64,000 nt of DNA from positions 237,365 through 301,364 of the forward strand of contig CAVPIX010000016.1 in assembly GCA_963705115.1 (NCBI GenBank), in the 5' to 3' direction. Within the stretch, counting starts at the first letter, position 1. Each line of letters starts with the position of its first letter. Shown here piece by piece: positions 10,821 through 21,596 of this stretch. Position numbers and translations under genes: made by a program. The notes under the pieces are model-generated. The model did not search any database. It was not told the DNA's origin and saw only the letters and a program-made list of their open reading frames with translations. This stretch comes from an uncultured delta proteobacterium. GTDB lineage: Bacteria > Desulfobacterota > Desulfobaccia > Desulfobaccales > 0-14-0-80-60-11.

Positions 10821-11930
10821 ATGAAGCCGAAACAGGGTGAGCCCATTGTTCTGGAAGCCTTTGTCCCCAAAGGGCGTTCCCCGGCCTACCCCTGGATCGG
10901 CCTGCTGGTGGGCATGGGGGTGGCGGTGTTGCTGGCCTACCCCCTGGTCCTCATGATCAACCTCCTCCATGACCACTTCATTTTCGGGGTCCCCCTCAAT
11001 CTTCTCCCAGCCATTGCCCGGGGCTTGAAACCCCAGCTCTGGCCTCTTATTTTTCTGTACGGCCTGAGCGGCGGCCTGGCGGGCCTCATCCTGGGACGGA
11101 TCCTCCAGCGCATCCAGGAAAACCGGCTGCGCCTGGACAACCTGCACCATGAGTTTGAACTCCAGGTGACCACCCTCAGGCACCATTACAAGAATCTGGC
11201 CCTGGGCATTCAGGGTTTTTCCAACCGCATCAAAAGAAAAATGGTTAGCCTGGAGGAATATTTTAAAGCCTGCGCCCAGGAGGACTGCTCCACCTATAGA
11301 ATTTTCCATGAAGATTTTGAGGCCCTGAGTCAAAGTGTGGGCGTTCTGGAGGAAACCTCCCGGCGTCTCACCCACACCCTGGGGCAGGAACTACTGTTTC
11401 TCCGAGCCCTTACCAGCAACACCCCGGTTCTGGAGCCCCGGGACCTTCACCCTTTCCTGGAGCACTGCATCCAGGATCTGTTAGGGTTGCGCTTTCGGGA
11501 TAAGGACATTATGGTGGAAATCAACGGTCTTCCCCTGGGGGCCAGCCAGGACTCTTTGGTTTTGCCCTTTGATCCCCATATCATGGAGGTGGTCCTCCAA
11601 AACATCCTCACCAATGCCATGAAAAACGGCGATCACCTGCAGGTCCGGGTCATAGACCGCTATGACAAGGTGTGGGTGGAGGTGGAGGATAACGGGCCCG
11701 GCATGGACATTGGGGAAGTGAAGCGCCAGTTGATGGTGACTAACCGCCGCCGGGACCTGGAGAGCACCCACCTGGGCCTCAAGGTCAGCGTGCACCTGCT
11801 GGAAAAATGCCAGGGGAGATTAATGGCCCTCAGCGAGCCCGGAGCCGGGGCCATCTTTATTGTGGAAATCCCCAAAGCGCTCTTTAAGGTGAAAAGCGAG
11901 GCACCCGGGAGGTTGCTCCCCAGCCACTAA
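10821..11930 (+). CDS. Membrane sensor histidine kinase-like protein (atypical, orphan)
   Basis: Two TM helices, H-box-like LRHHYKNL, N-box QNILTNAMK, G1 EDNGPG, degenerate G2 STHLGL. Confidence 0.8.
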   Translation: MKPKQGEPIVLEAFVPKGRSPAYPWIGLLVGMGVAVLLAYPLVLMINLLHDHFIFGVPLNLLPAIARGLKPQLWPLIFLYGLSGGLAGLILGRILQRIQENRLRLDNLHHEFELQVTTLRHHYKNLALGIQGFSNRIKRKMVSLEEYFKACAQEDCSTYRIFHEDFEALSQSVGVLEETSRRLTHTLGQELLFLRALTSNTPVLEPRDLHPFLEHCIQDLLGLRFRDKDIMVEINGLPLGASQDSLVLPFDPHIMEVVLQNILTNAMKNGDHLQVRVIDRYDKVWVEVEDNGPGMDIGEVKRQLMVTNRRRDLESTHLGLKVSVHLLEKCQGRLMALSEPGAGAIFIVEIPKALFKVKSEAPGRLLPSH

Positions 11931-12137
11931 TTCCTTTATCGATTATCCCCTTTGCTCCGCAAAAGATATAATCGAAGTTTTACGGGGGAGGGCAGGTAGG
12001 GGCGGGGTAACCCCGCCCCTACGTCCCTGGTCCTCCCCCCACTGAAGAGATTTTATGCCCTTTACGGTGCAAAAAGCATAATCGGTCTTTTACAGAGGCA
12101 AAACTTGCCTTGCCCGGTTCAGGAAAAGGAGAAAATC

Positions 12138-12645
12138 ATGAGGCGACAAGGACGTTGGCTGCAGATATTTTTGGTGCTGCTCGTGGTGCTGGGAAGCGGC
12201 GCCTGGGTGTTCAACCCTTCCCAGGAACCCGGACGCGGCATAATGTGGGACCGCTATCAGACCCAAAAAACCCAGGAACGGGAAGCGGCCGTGGCCCGTC
12301 AGAATTACTGCCCCACCAGCGGGCTGTGTCATCCGCCTGGACAACGTTCAGCTCAAACCTGCCCGGGCGGTCCGGGGCGGCACCATGACCGTGACCACCA
12401 CTTACACCATCCTGACCCCGGATAACCTGCCCATCCCCATCACCATCTCCCGGGAACTGCTCTTCAAAGAGAAATCCCTGGGCCGGGTGAAGGCCATGAA
12501 CGCCAACAACAAAAACGGCACCTATGTGCAGAGCCTGGATTTCACCCTGCCCGGGGACGCCACCCCGGGCCAATATACCCTGATCACCCGGGTCAGCACC
12601 GGCTATGGCATGGACGAAAAGCGCCTGGAATTTCCGGTGAATTAG
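12138..12645 (+). CDS. Exported hypothetical protein; +1 frameshift near 12327
   Basis: RBS AGGAGA and signal/TM segment; removing one T joins ...TSGL to VIRLDNVQLKPARAVRGGTMTVTTTY (ORF 12385). Confidence 0.65.
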
Positions 12646-12781
12646 CCGGTGGTTGCAAAAGCTGCTTCTGTCTTCTGAGCACAGCGAAAGATCTCAACCT
12701 CTTGTATTGACGAGATTCTTCACTTCGTTCAGAATGACAACCATTGATACCGAGTTGCAGTGGAACGGTGGCACAGGCTAA

Positions 12782-13000
12782 TACCAAGTTTCGATCAAAA
12801 AATAAAGTTATACTAAACTGTTATGCCTATCAAATCCCCCCAAGTCCCCCTTTAGAAAAGGGGGACTTGGGCTTGCTGGTTTTTTGAACCCCCTTTTTAA
12901 GGGGCCAGGGGGGATTTATCTTTCCCGGTTTGACCAGGTCCACAATCTGCATGTCCCTCCAGCAACTCCTCTTAATTACCTCTATGACGGCAACTTGATA
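12782..13000. mobile_element. MITE-like element (TACCAAGTT ends) with TAA target duplication, inserted in a REP hairpin
   Basis: gcacaggc-TAA|taccaagtt...aacttgata|TAA-agcctgcggcta; carries an internal CCCC-type palindrome pair. Confidence 0.6.
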
Positions 13001-13157
13001 TAAAGCCTGCGGCTAAAAAAAATCGCTGATTGAGTGCAATTTGGTGTGAGTCAGGGAGCAGGGCGGGAAAGCGTCGCGCCTCCCGCCCTATTTAGCATGG
13101 CGGGCACGGAGGCCCGCCCCACCGGTTTGGTTTATTTCATCATAGAAGAAAATGGTA

Positions 13158-15356
13158 TTAGATCCCATTCCCCTCCGCTTGAGTAGCGGCTAACCCCGGA
13201 GCAAATCTGCTTCTCAAAGACGCCGGGGGCTGGCCGGCCTTCTTCTTCTCGTCCGCGGCCGATTTCACCCCAAAAATCACCCGCACCCCTCCCAGCATGT
13301 AAAAGCCGGGGGAAGAGAAACCGTAGGTCTCCTGATAGCGGGTGTCCAGGATGTTGTTCAACCGGGCCCAGAGCTGCACCGTCTTGACGTACCCCCGATC
13401 CCGCACCAGGTCATAGGTGGCCGCCAGGTTCAGGAGAAAATAGTCCCGGTTGTCCACCCGGGAGGCAGTGAACAGGAAGGGATACTCGAAGGTAAAGCGG
13501 GAGTCATCCCGCCAGCCGGTATACACCCCGTTGAAATTCACATTCAGGCGCTTCCAGTTGTAGTTGGCCACAAAACTGAAGGTGTTCCGGGGCCGGCGCA
13601 ACAGGGGCTTGCCGGTTTGGAAAAAGATGTTTTTGATGTCGCCGTCGTCCGCGACCCGGGTAAAGAGGTTGGTGTACACTATCCCCAGGGTGAAGCCGGG
13701 CGCGGGGTTGACGAACACCGAGGATTCCAGGCCGGAAATCCGCACCGCACCGATGTTTTCAAAGGTGGAGAGCAGGGGGAACACCCGGGGCACAAAGGTG
13801 ATGAAGTCATTAAAGTAGTTTTCAAAATAGGTGACGCTTATCTGGCCATGATTGTTGAAGAAGTATTGGTCTATGCCCACTTCCCAGGAGACATTCTGCT
13901 CGGGCTTGAGGTTGGGGTTGGCCGCGGAAAGCTGACTCCGGGAGAAGCTTTCCAGGAAGGTGGGTTCTTTGATGGCCCGGCCGCCCGCGGCCCGGAGGGT
14001 GGTGTTGGTCTTGGGGAAGCGCACCGCCGCCGAGGCCCGGGGAATAAACTCGGCCTGGTTGAAGACGCTGCTGTTTTCCACCCGGAAGCCCCCCACCAGA
14101 AAGACGCGGTTCTTCAGGTTGAGTTGCTGTTGGGCATAGAAGGCCGTGGCGCCCCGGCGGGTTCCCAAAAACGAGTTGGTGGGCGTGGAGAAAAGACCGT
14201 TGCCGGTCCACACCCATTGCTTGAAGTTCTCCTCCCGGGCATAAAATCCCAGGGTGGAAATGCTCTGCACCTTTTCCCGGGTCCCAAAGGTGAAATTGGA
14301 GCGGTAGTCGAGGGTATAGCGCAGCTCCCGTTCCTTGGAGTTGAAGGAGCCGAAGAAGTAATCAAAGACGGAACTGTCATTGCCGAACAACAGTTGGAAG
14401 TCGTTGGCCGGCGGATTGGCCGGGTCGTCCAGGTGCCGCTGCCGGGCGGTGAGGCCTAAAGTCAGCTGGTTCTGCCACCAGGGAAAAGGCGAGTAATTGA
14501 CGGCCAGGCCCTGGAGGAGGTCTTGCTTGCTGCTGTTTTGGTCAGGATCGAACCCCGGGCCTCCCCTGCTTTTACGATCCAGCAGGTCGCCCCCGTTTTC
14601 CGTGGGGAATTCGAACCGATTGTTCAAATACAGGGTGTAATAGGTGATGGACAGGTTATCCAACGGATCAAAATCCAGCCGGGCCACCAGGGCGTTATTG
14701 CGGTAGCGGTTGTTGAAGGCCAGGATGCCCGGGTCAAAAAGATGGGTGTAGCCTATGGAAAAGCCGAATTTTTTATAGGAACCCAGGAGAGTGGCCCGGT
14801 ATTCTTCGGTGGCGTAGCCGTTTTCCACATGGGGTCCCGCGCCCGCGGCCAGGTTCAAGGTGGGCGGCCCCACCCCCTTCAAGGTCATGAGGTTGACCAC
14901 CCCCACCATGGCGTCTGCGCCATAAAGGGCGCTCATGGGCCCCCGCACCACTTCGATGCGGCTTAAATTGTCGGTGGTCAAAGCGTTGAAATCAAAATTA
15001 CCCCCGGCATCATTTAACTGGATGCCGTTGAACAGCACCTGGGTGTTATTGGCATTGCCGCCCCGCAAAAACAGGGAAGTGGTGCCCCCCCGGCTGCCGC
15101 TCTGATTGATGGTGACGCCGGGCACGAAGCGCAGCATTTCCTCCACCCGCACCGCCTGCTGTTCCTGGATCTGCTTCTCGGTGATCACCGTCACCGCCTG
15201 GGTGGCATCTTTGAGGGGCACCTCGGTGCCCGTGGCAGTGACCACCACCTCCTCCATCTGGACGGTGTCCGGAGACACTGTAGTGGCCGCAGCGCTCCCC
15301 TGGAGCAGCCAGACCATAAGGATCGTCATCCCCCATATACTCCGATATGCTTTCAT
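13158..15356 (-). CDS. TonB-dependent receptor, probable cobalamin transporter (BtuB-like)
   Basis: Signal peptide, EEVVVTA TonB box, plug motif RIEVVRGPMSALYGADA, NPNLKPE; downstream of cobalamin riboswitch. Confidence 0.9.
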   Translation of the reverse strand: MKAYRSIWGMTILMVWLLQGSAAATTVSPDTVQMEEVVVTATGTEVPLKDATQAVTVITEKQIQEQQAVRVEEMLRFVPGVTINQSGSRGGTTSLFLRGGNANNTQVLFNGIQLNDAGGNFDFNALTTDNLSRIEVVRGPMSALYGADAMVGVVNLMTLKGVGPPTLNLAAGAGPHVENGYATEEYRATLLGSYKKFGFSIGYTHLFDPGILAFNNRYRNNALVARLDFDPLDNLSITYYTLYLNNRFEFPTENGGDLLDRKSRGGPGFDPDQNSSKQDLLQGLAVNYSPFPWWQNQLTLGLTARQRHLDDPANPPANDFQLLFGNDSSVFDYFFGSFNSKERELRYTLDYRSNFTFGTREKVQSISTLGFYAREENFKQWVWTGNGLFSTPTNSFLGTRRGATAFYAQQQLNLKNRVFLVGGFRVENSSVFNQAEFIPRASAAVRFPKTNTTLRAAGGRAIKEPTFLESFSRSQLSAANPNLKPEQNVSWEVGIDQYFFNNHGQISVTYFENYFNDFITFVPRVFPLLSTFENIGAVRISGLESSVFVNPAPGFTLGIVYTNLFTRVADDGDIKNIFFQTGKPLLRRPRNTFSFVANYNWKRLNVNFNGVYTGWRDDSRFTFEYPFLFTASRVDNRDYFLLNLAATYDLVRDRGYVKTVQLWARLNNILDTRYQETYGFSSPGFYMLGGVRVIFGVKSAADEKKKAGQPPASLRSRFAPGLAATQAEGNGI

Positions 15357-15413
15357 GTCTTTTCTCCTTTCTCCCTGCCAATGCTCTTAATAAACTTCGC
15401 TTAGGTTATCGCT

Positions 15414-15475
15414 GGTAGGAGCGGACCCATGTGTCCGCCCTGGGTGTAGGGCGCACCCGCGGGTGCGCCCCTACA
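15414..15475. repeat. GTAG-type REP doublet
   Basis: ggtaggagcggacccatgtgtccgccc / gtagggcgcacccgcgggtgcgccctac. Confidence 0.7.
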
Positions 15476-15511
15476 GCCAGCGACAGGTCTTACTCTGAGC
15501 ACAAAGTATTC

Positions 15512-15775
15512 CTACCCGCACAAACGCACAGCCGGCATCACCGCCCGCAGGGAGCCCTGCTCCTCAGGTTCAGCCACCACCAGGTTGATGCGGCCGCAGC
15601 CCCCTCGGGTGGCCAAAAAATGCCAGGCGTCCTCCACGGTAAAAAAGCCTGCGTCCTTTGAGACCAGCTCCACCCGGTCGGCGGGGCAGCCCAGGCTGCG
15701 CCCGGCCTCATGCAGATCACAGGTTTCGGGAAGCGCCTGGCCCCCCACCAGATACACAATCAGACCTTGTTTCAT
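15512..15775 (-). CDS. Small hypothetical protein (87 aa), first gene of the B12-riboswitch operon
   Basis: RBS GGAGGT before ATG; MKQGLIVYLVGG...VEDAWHFLATRGGCGRINLVVA. Confidence 0.75.
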   Translation of the reverse strand: MKQGLIVYLVGGQALPETCDLHEAGRSLGCPADRVELVSKDAGFFTVEDAWHFLATRGGCGRINLVVAEPEEQGSLRAVMPAVRLCG

Positions 15776-15845
15776 AGATACCTCCAGGGTGATGAGATAG
15801 GGGGAGGGCAACCCTCCCCTGTGCCGGCCCGCCGCCCCTGGTGGC

Positions 15846-15880
15846 AAAAAAAAACCCCGGGTCATAATGACCCAGGGATG
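15846..15880 (-). terminator. Intrinsic terminator (riboswitch expression platform)
   Basis: Minus strand ccctgggtcattatgacccgggg followed by a T-run, between aptamer and first RBS. Confidence 0.8.
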
Positions 15881-15959
15881 GCACCCAGCTTTCTTAATCC
15901 CAGGGGGACCCGAGGATTACCCTCGGGCCGGCCATGAGTCCCTGCCGCGGGGACGCCGG

Positions 15960-16130
15960 CCAACCGAACGGGCAGGTCTTCTGACTTCCGGATCGCCCTA
16001 CTCCCTGCGCCTTCCCACGCCTTTTTTAGCGAAGTGGCCTCGTGCAGGTTTCGTCCCCGGTTACAGCGGCGGGACCGCGCCGGATTCTCACCGGCTTCCC
16101 TTTTATCCCCTCCTGGGGACCCGTCGGCTT
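15960..16130 (-). ncRNA. Cobalamin riboswitch
   Basis: Minus strand aaaagggaagccggtgagaatccggcgcggtcccgccgctgtaa...gccact...gggaaggc...aagtcagaagacctgcc (B12 box). Confidence 0.95.
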
Positions 16131-16238
16131 CGTGCTATATCATGAAAAAAAAATTATTCTCCGTCAAGAAAAAAATGCCCCTCAGGCGTTCACCTTAGGA
16201 TAGAATAGTGACACCTTATCCATCTCAGGACTCTCCCC

Positions 16239-17216
16239 GTGACCAGCAATTTCATCCGAGACATCAATTATCTGCGCCTGTCTATCACCGACCGCTGCAA
16301 CCTGCGCTGCTTTTACTGCCTGCCCCGGCAAGGCTGGGAGAAACTCCCGGTCCAGGAGATCCTGCGGTACGAAGAATTCCTGCGCCTGGCCCGGGTGGCG
16401 GTCATGGCCGGCATCCGCAAAATCCGGGTCACGGGCGGCGAACCCCTGGTGCGCAAGGGCGTGGTGGACTTCCTGGGACGTCTCCGGGAAGTGCCGGGAC
16501 TGGGGGAAATCGCCCTCACCACCAACGGGGTGCTGCTAGCTGAGATGGCCCGGGACCTGTTTGCCGCGGGTCTGCGCCACCTGAACCTGAGCCTGGACAC
16601 CCTGAAGCCCGAGCGCTACCGGGATATCACCGGCAGCGACCGCTTCCACCAGGTCATGGGCGGTCTGGAGCGGGCGGCGGCGCTGGGGTTTCATCCCCTC
16701 AAGGTCAATTGCGTGGTCCTCAAAGGGCTGAACGATGACGAACTCCTGGACTTCGCCCTGCTGGCCCGGGATCACCCCATCCAGGTGCGGTTCATCGAGT
16801 TCATGCCCACCGTTTCTCACGACCACTGGGTCCGCCATTTCCTGTCCATGGACGAAGTGCGCCGGCGCCTCCTGGCCCTGGGCGTCATGGAGGAGGTGGC
16901 CCCCCAGCCCACGGCCGGCCCGGCCCGGATTCTCCATCCCCCTGGATTTCATGGGAATATCGGCTTCATCAGCGCGATGTCGCAGCATCATTGCCAATCC
17001 TGCAACCGCCTGCGCCTCACCGCGGCCGGCAGCCTGCGTCCCTGCCTCTTTTCCCCACAGGAACTGGACCTGAAAGGCCCCTTGCGCCGGGGCGCCGGCG
17101 ACCGGGAGCTTTGCCGCCTCTTTCAGCAGGCCATGGCGGAGAAAACCTGCTCTCCCCCGAGACATCTGGTGAAGCCCGACCACCCCTTCTCCCCCATGGT
17201 GAGCATCGGCGGCTGA
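16239..17216 (+). CDS. moaA: GTP 3',8-cyclase
   Basis: YLRLSITDRCNLRCFYC, TGGEPL, CQSCNRLR...PCL, C-terminal IGG. Confidence 0.96.
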   Translation: MTSNFIRDINYLRLSITDRCNLRCFYCLPRQGWEKLPVQEILRYEEFLRLARVAVMAGIRKIRVTGGEPLVRKGVVDFLGRLREVPGLGEIALTTNGVLLAEMARDLFAAGLRHLNLSLDTLKPERYRDITGSDRFHQVMGGLERAAALGFHPLKVNCVVLKGLNDDELLDFALLARDHPIQVRFIEFMPTVSHDHWVRHFLSMDEVRRRLLALGVMEEVAPQPTAGPARILHPPGFHGNIGFISAMSQHHCQSCNRLRLTAAGSLRPCLFSPQELDLKGPLRRGAGDRELCRLFQQAMAEKTCSPPRHLVKPDHPFSPMVSIGG

Positions 17217-17359
17217 ATTTTTTCTGCCATTCCCTTAACTTCTCCCTGATGATGCCGTCTAAACGTGGTATATTGAGACCTCTGCCAAGTGGGGGAGGGC
17301 CAGGGAGTTGAGGCCCCTGCCTTCCCCCGCCAAGCCTGCACACGAGGAGTCAAGGCGCC

Positions 17360-18049
17360 ATGAAATTAAGCATTGTCATTCCCGTTTATAACGAACAAGA
17401 CACCCTGGACGAAATCTTCCGCCGGGTTCAGGCCACTCCCTACGACAAGGAAATCATCGCGGTGGACGACGCCTCAAAGGACAGCTCCCGGCAGGTCCTG
17501 GAACGCCTGGCCGGGCAGTACGACAACCTCAGGGTCTTTTATCACGACAAGAACCAGGGCAAGGGCGCGGCCCTGCGCACCGGCTTTGCCCAGGTCACCG
17601 GGGACGTGGTCATCATCCAGGACGCCGACCTGGAATACGACCCTGTTGACTATCCAGCCCTGCTCTCCCCCATTCAGAAGGACCTGGCGGACGTGGTCTA
17701 CGGCAGCCGCCTCATCGGCGCTCAGCCCCACCGGGTATTGTACTTCTGGCATTATATGGGCAACCGCTGCGTCACCTTTTTATCCAACATGTTCACTAAT
17801 CTCAATCTCTCGGACATGGAAGTGGGCTATAAGGCCTTCACGGCTGAAGTGATAAAGGACATCAAAATATCCAGCAACCGCTTCGGGGTGGAGCCGGAAC
17901 TCACCGCCAAGGTGGCCAAAAAAGGCTGCCGGGTCTATGAAGTGCCCATCAGCTATCACGGCCGGGATTATGCCCACGGCAAGAAAATCACCTGGCGGGA
18001 CGGTATTGCCGCCATCTTCCACATCGTGCGCTACCGTTTCTTTGATTAA
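17360..18049 (+). CDS. GT2 glycosyltransferase (DPM1/GtrB-like polyprenyl-phosphate sugar synthase)
   Basis: SIVIPVYNE, VDDAS.D, NQGKGAA, QDADLEYDP, VYGSR, GKKITWRDG. Confidence 0.92.
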   Translation: MKLSIVIPVYNEQDTLDEIFRRVQATPYDKEIIAVDDASKDSSRQVLERLAGQYDNLRVFYHDKNQGKGAALRTGFAQVTGDVVIIQDADLEYDPVDYPALLSPIQKDLADVVYGSRLIGAQPHRVLYFWHYMGNRCVTFLSNMFTNLNLSDMEVGYKAFTAEVIKDIKISSNRFGVEPELTAKVAKKGCRVYEVPISYHGRDYAHGKKITWRDGIAAIFHIVRYRFFD

Positions 18050-18100
18050 TCCCGATTATCCATCAAACAAGCAATATGCAAGCCCATATGACTGCCCACC

Positions 18101-18191
18101 CAAATCCCCCTAAATCCCCCTTTAGAAAAGGGGAACTTGGGGTTGCCGATTTATTGAACCCCCCTTTTTTAAAGGGGGGCAGGGGGGATTT
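18101..18191. repeat. CCCCCTTT...AAAGGGGG-type REP pair
   Basis: Matches 12832-12917. Confidence 0.7.
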
Positions 18192-18287
18192 GTTATCTTG
18201 CGGAGCCGGCCGGATATGCAAGCACTGAGAGAAACTCAATACTTCCATGGCGGCAACTTGTCATAGGGTGCTCCCCAGAATGTCTAG

Positions 18288-18800
18288 ATGAACCTTAAAC
18301 CCCCGACACACCCAGGACCGTACCGGCTGCTCCGAGTGGTTCTCGTTCTCTTTGGGCTCCAACTGGCTTGGCTGGCCTGGCTGCTGCACAAAGATCTGGC
18401 GGACCTCACCCGGCGGCTGTGGTCCCGGACCTGGGGCACGGCGGTGCGCCAGGAAGACCCCTTTTACCGCTGGCTGGCTGACCTGAGCCGGGTCATCCCC
18501 CCCGAAAGCACTTACATTTTTTTGGACAACTACGAGGCCGGCAAGGAAATCGAGGCCCGCTACCATCTCTTCCCCCGGGAGCACCTGCTGCTCCTGCCCG
18601 CTTCCCCCCCCAGCCTGATGTTTCATGTCTTGAAGCAGCACCAGGCCTCTTATCTCCTCCGGCGCGACGGCAAGCCACCCCCGGGGCCGGGGCTCCAGGC
18701 CCTCCTGGACCTGGGCGCGGCCAAGCCCCTTGATCTCCCAGGAACGGGCCAGGTTCTTCGGGTTGATCCTCACCTCGTCAGCGGCGGTTTTTATGATTGA
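18288..18800 (+). CDS. Hypothetical membrane-anchored protein
   Basis: N-terminal TM helix; stop overlaps start of next gene. Confidence 0.7.
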   Translation: MNLKPPTHPGPYRLLRVVLVLFGLQLAWLAWLLHKDLADLTRRLWSRTWGTAVRQEDPFYRWLADLSRVIPPESTYIFLDNYEAGKEIEARYHLFPREHLLLLPASPPSLMFHVLKQHQASYLLRRDGKPPPGPGLQALLDLGAAKPLDLPGTGQVLRVDPHLVSGGFYD

Positions 18801-20169
18801 GGCCCTCCTGCTCCTGGCGCGCCTGAGCCTCGGATTGGCCGGGGTGCTGGGCCTCGGCTATGTTCTGGTCAATCGGCTGACTCCGAGCCTCACCCGCCTG
18901 GAACAGGCCGCCGCAGGCTTCGGGGTGGGGACCCTGGTAATCACCCTGTGGATGCTGGCCCTGAGCAGCCTGGAGCTTCCTTTTACCCTGCTCCTGGTTC
19001 TGGCCCCGCCGGTGTCCCTGGCCAGCGGGTTGTATGTGGGGCAACATATATTGGGACGCCGGCGCCCCCGGAAGCCCGATACCGCCCCGCCCCCGCCCCC
19101 GGCCTCGCCTCCCTGCGGCCTCTGGGACTGGCTGTTCATCAGCCTTTTGGCGGTCCTTTTCCTCTTTGTCACCCTGCGGGCCGTCATGTACCCCATGTGG
19201 TCCTGGGACGCCATCGCCACCTGGGGTTTCAAGGCCAAGGTTTTTTACCTGCGGGACGCCGTGGACCTGGGCGGCTTTGAGGCCCACAACTATTACCCCA
19301 ATCTGGTGCCCCTGCTCCTCTCTTACTTGTACCTCTGGTTGGGCCAGGTAAACGACCACGTGGTGAAGCTGGTGTTTCCCCTGTGGGGCGCCGCGCTCCT
19401 CATGCTGCTTTTCGGGATGCTCCGGCGCCTGGGTCTGGGCCGCACCCCGGCCCTGGGCCTCACCACCTTCTATGCCCTAAACGGCGTCACCCTCATCACT
19501 CACCTGTTTATTGCCTACGCCGACCTGGCCTTCACCTACTTTGCCCTGGGCGCGGCCGGTTTTTTATATATCTGGCTTAAAGGTGGTGTGTCGGCCCGCA
19601 TTCTCCCCCTAATCGCCTTATTTTTCGCCGGCATCACCTGGAGCAAATTTGAAGGAACGCCCCTGGCCGCTTCCATCCTCCTGGCCGCGGCTCTTACCCT
19701 TCTCTGGCTGAGACCCCCACACCTGGCCCGGCGCCTGGCCTTCCTGGCCTGGCCCCTGGGGGGCCTGCTGTTGGGATACCTGCCCTGGCGCCTGTTTGCC
19801 CTGTCCCACGGCATCGAAACCGGCTCCGACCATATCCTGGGCTTTTACCCCCAGCAATTTTTGCGGGCCCTTCCTGCTCTGCTCCTGGCTTTGGTGACCC
19901 CTACCCTTTTCGGCATCCTGTGGCCCACCGCGGCCCTGGCCGCAGTTCTGGCGAGGAAAAAGCTCTTCACCACCCCGGTCCTCTTCCTGGTCTTGTTTTT
20001 AGGCGGCAACTTCCTGGCCATCCTGCTGGCCTACGCGGTGGCCCCTACCTCCCCTTTTGAGTTTCACCTCTATTTACGGGCCACCCTGGACCGCCTGCTG
20101 CTGCACCTTGCCCCGGTGGCGGTTTTGTTGATTGGCGAGGGCCTAAAGAAACACTTGAGATTGTCCTGA
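18793..20169 (+). CDS. Polytopic membrane protein, probable GT-C (ArnT/PMT-like) glycosyltransferase
   Basis: Many TM helices, WDAIATW..KAK first-loop motif, H.YYP, K.EG; adjacent to GT2. Confidence 0.65.
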   Translation: MIEALLLLARLSLGLAGVLGLGYVLVNRLTPSLTRLEQAAAGFGVGTLVITLWMLALSSLELPFTLLLVLAPPVSLASGLYVGQHILGRRRPRKPDTAPPPPPASPPCGLWDWLFISLLAVLFLFVTLRAVMYPMWSWDAIATWGFKAKVFYLRDAVDLGGFEAHNYYPNLVPLLLSYLYLWLGQVNDHVVKLVFPLWGAALLMLLFGMLRRLGLGRTPALGLTTFYALNGVTLITHLFIAYADLAFTYFALGAAGFLYIWLKGGVSARILPLIALFFAGITWSKFEGTPLAASILLAAALTLLWLRPPHLARRLAFLAWPLGGLLLGYLPWRLFALSHGIETGSDHILGFYPQQFLRALPALLLALVTPTLFGILWPTAALAAVLARKKLFTTPVLFLVLFLGGNFLAILLAYAVAPTSPFEFHLYLRATLDRLLLHLAPVAVLLIGEGLKKHLRLS

Positions 20170-20179
20170 AAAAGGTATG

Positions 20180-21300
<1,121 letters not shown>

Positions 21301-21596
21301 ACCATGCCTCTTGGTGATGTGCGCCCCCCCACGAGAAACTGCTCCCAAAAGTTATCTGTAACTTTAGGAACAAGGGCGAAAAAGCGCCGCGCCTTCCCCC
21401 ATGGGAATTCCGCTGGCAACAACCCGTGCCCCCGCTTCATAGCACCCTCCAAGATTTTCCTTTCCTTGACTCACAAGTTTGTGCTAAATTGAACATGCTG
21501 TAACTGCCAGGGGTCTGTCGGTTTTTGCAGATAAACTCAGCCACTTCAGTCTGAGACCTTATTTATTCCCCATTTCACTAGGGAGGTAACTTAGGC

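Noticed and set aside
8118-13130. CRISPR array
   Set aside because: The repeats are dispersed palindromes, not regularly spaced direct repeats with unique spacers, and there are no cas genes.
16150-16238. Moco riboswitch upstream of moaA
   Set aside because: No recognisable motif, and the space is taken by divergent promoters.
21466-21496. Sigma70 promoter or Rex site upstream of fdh
   Set aside because: TTGACT-TAAATT spacing is only 13 nt and the Rex-like match is weak.
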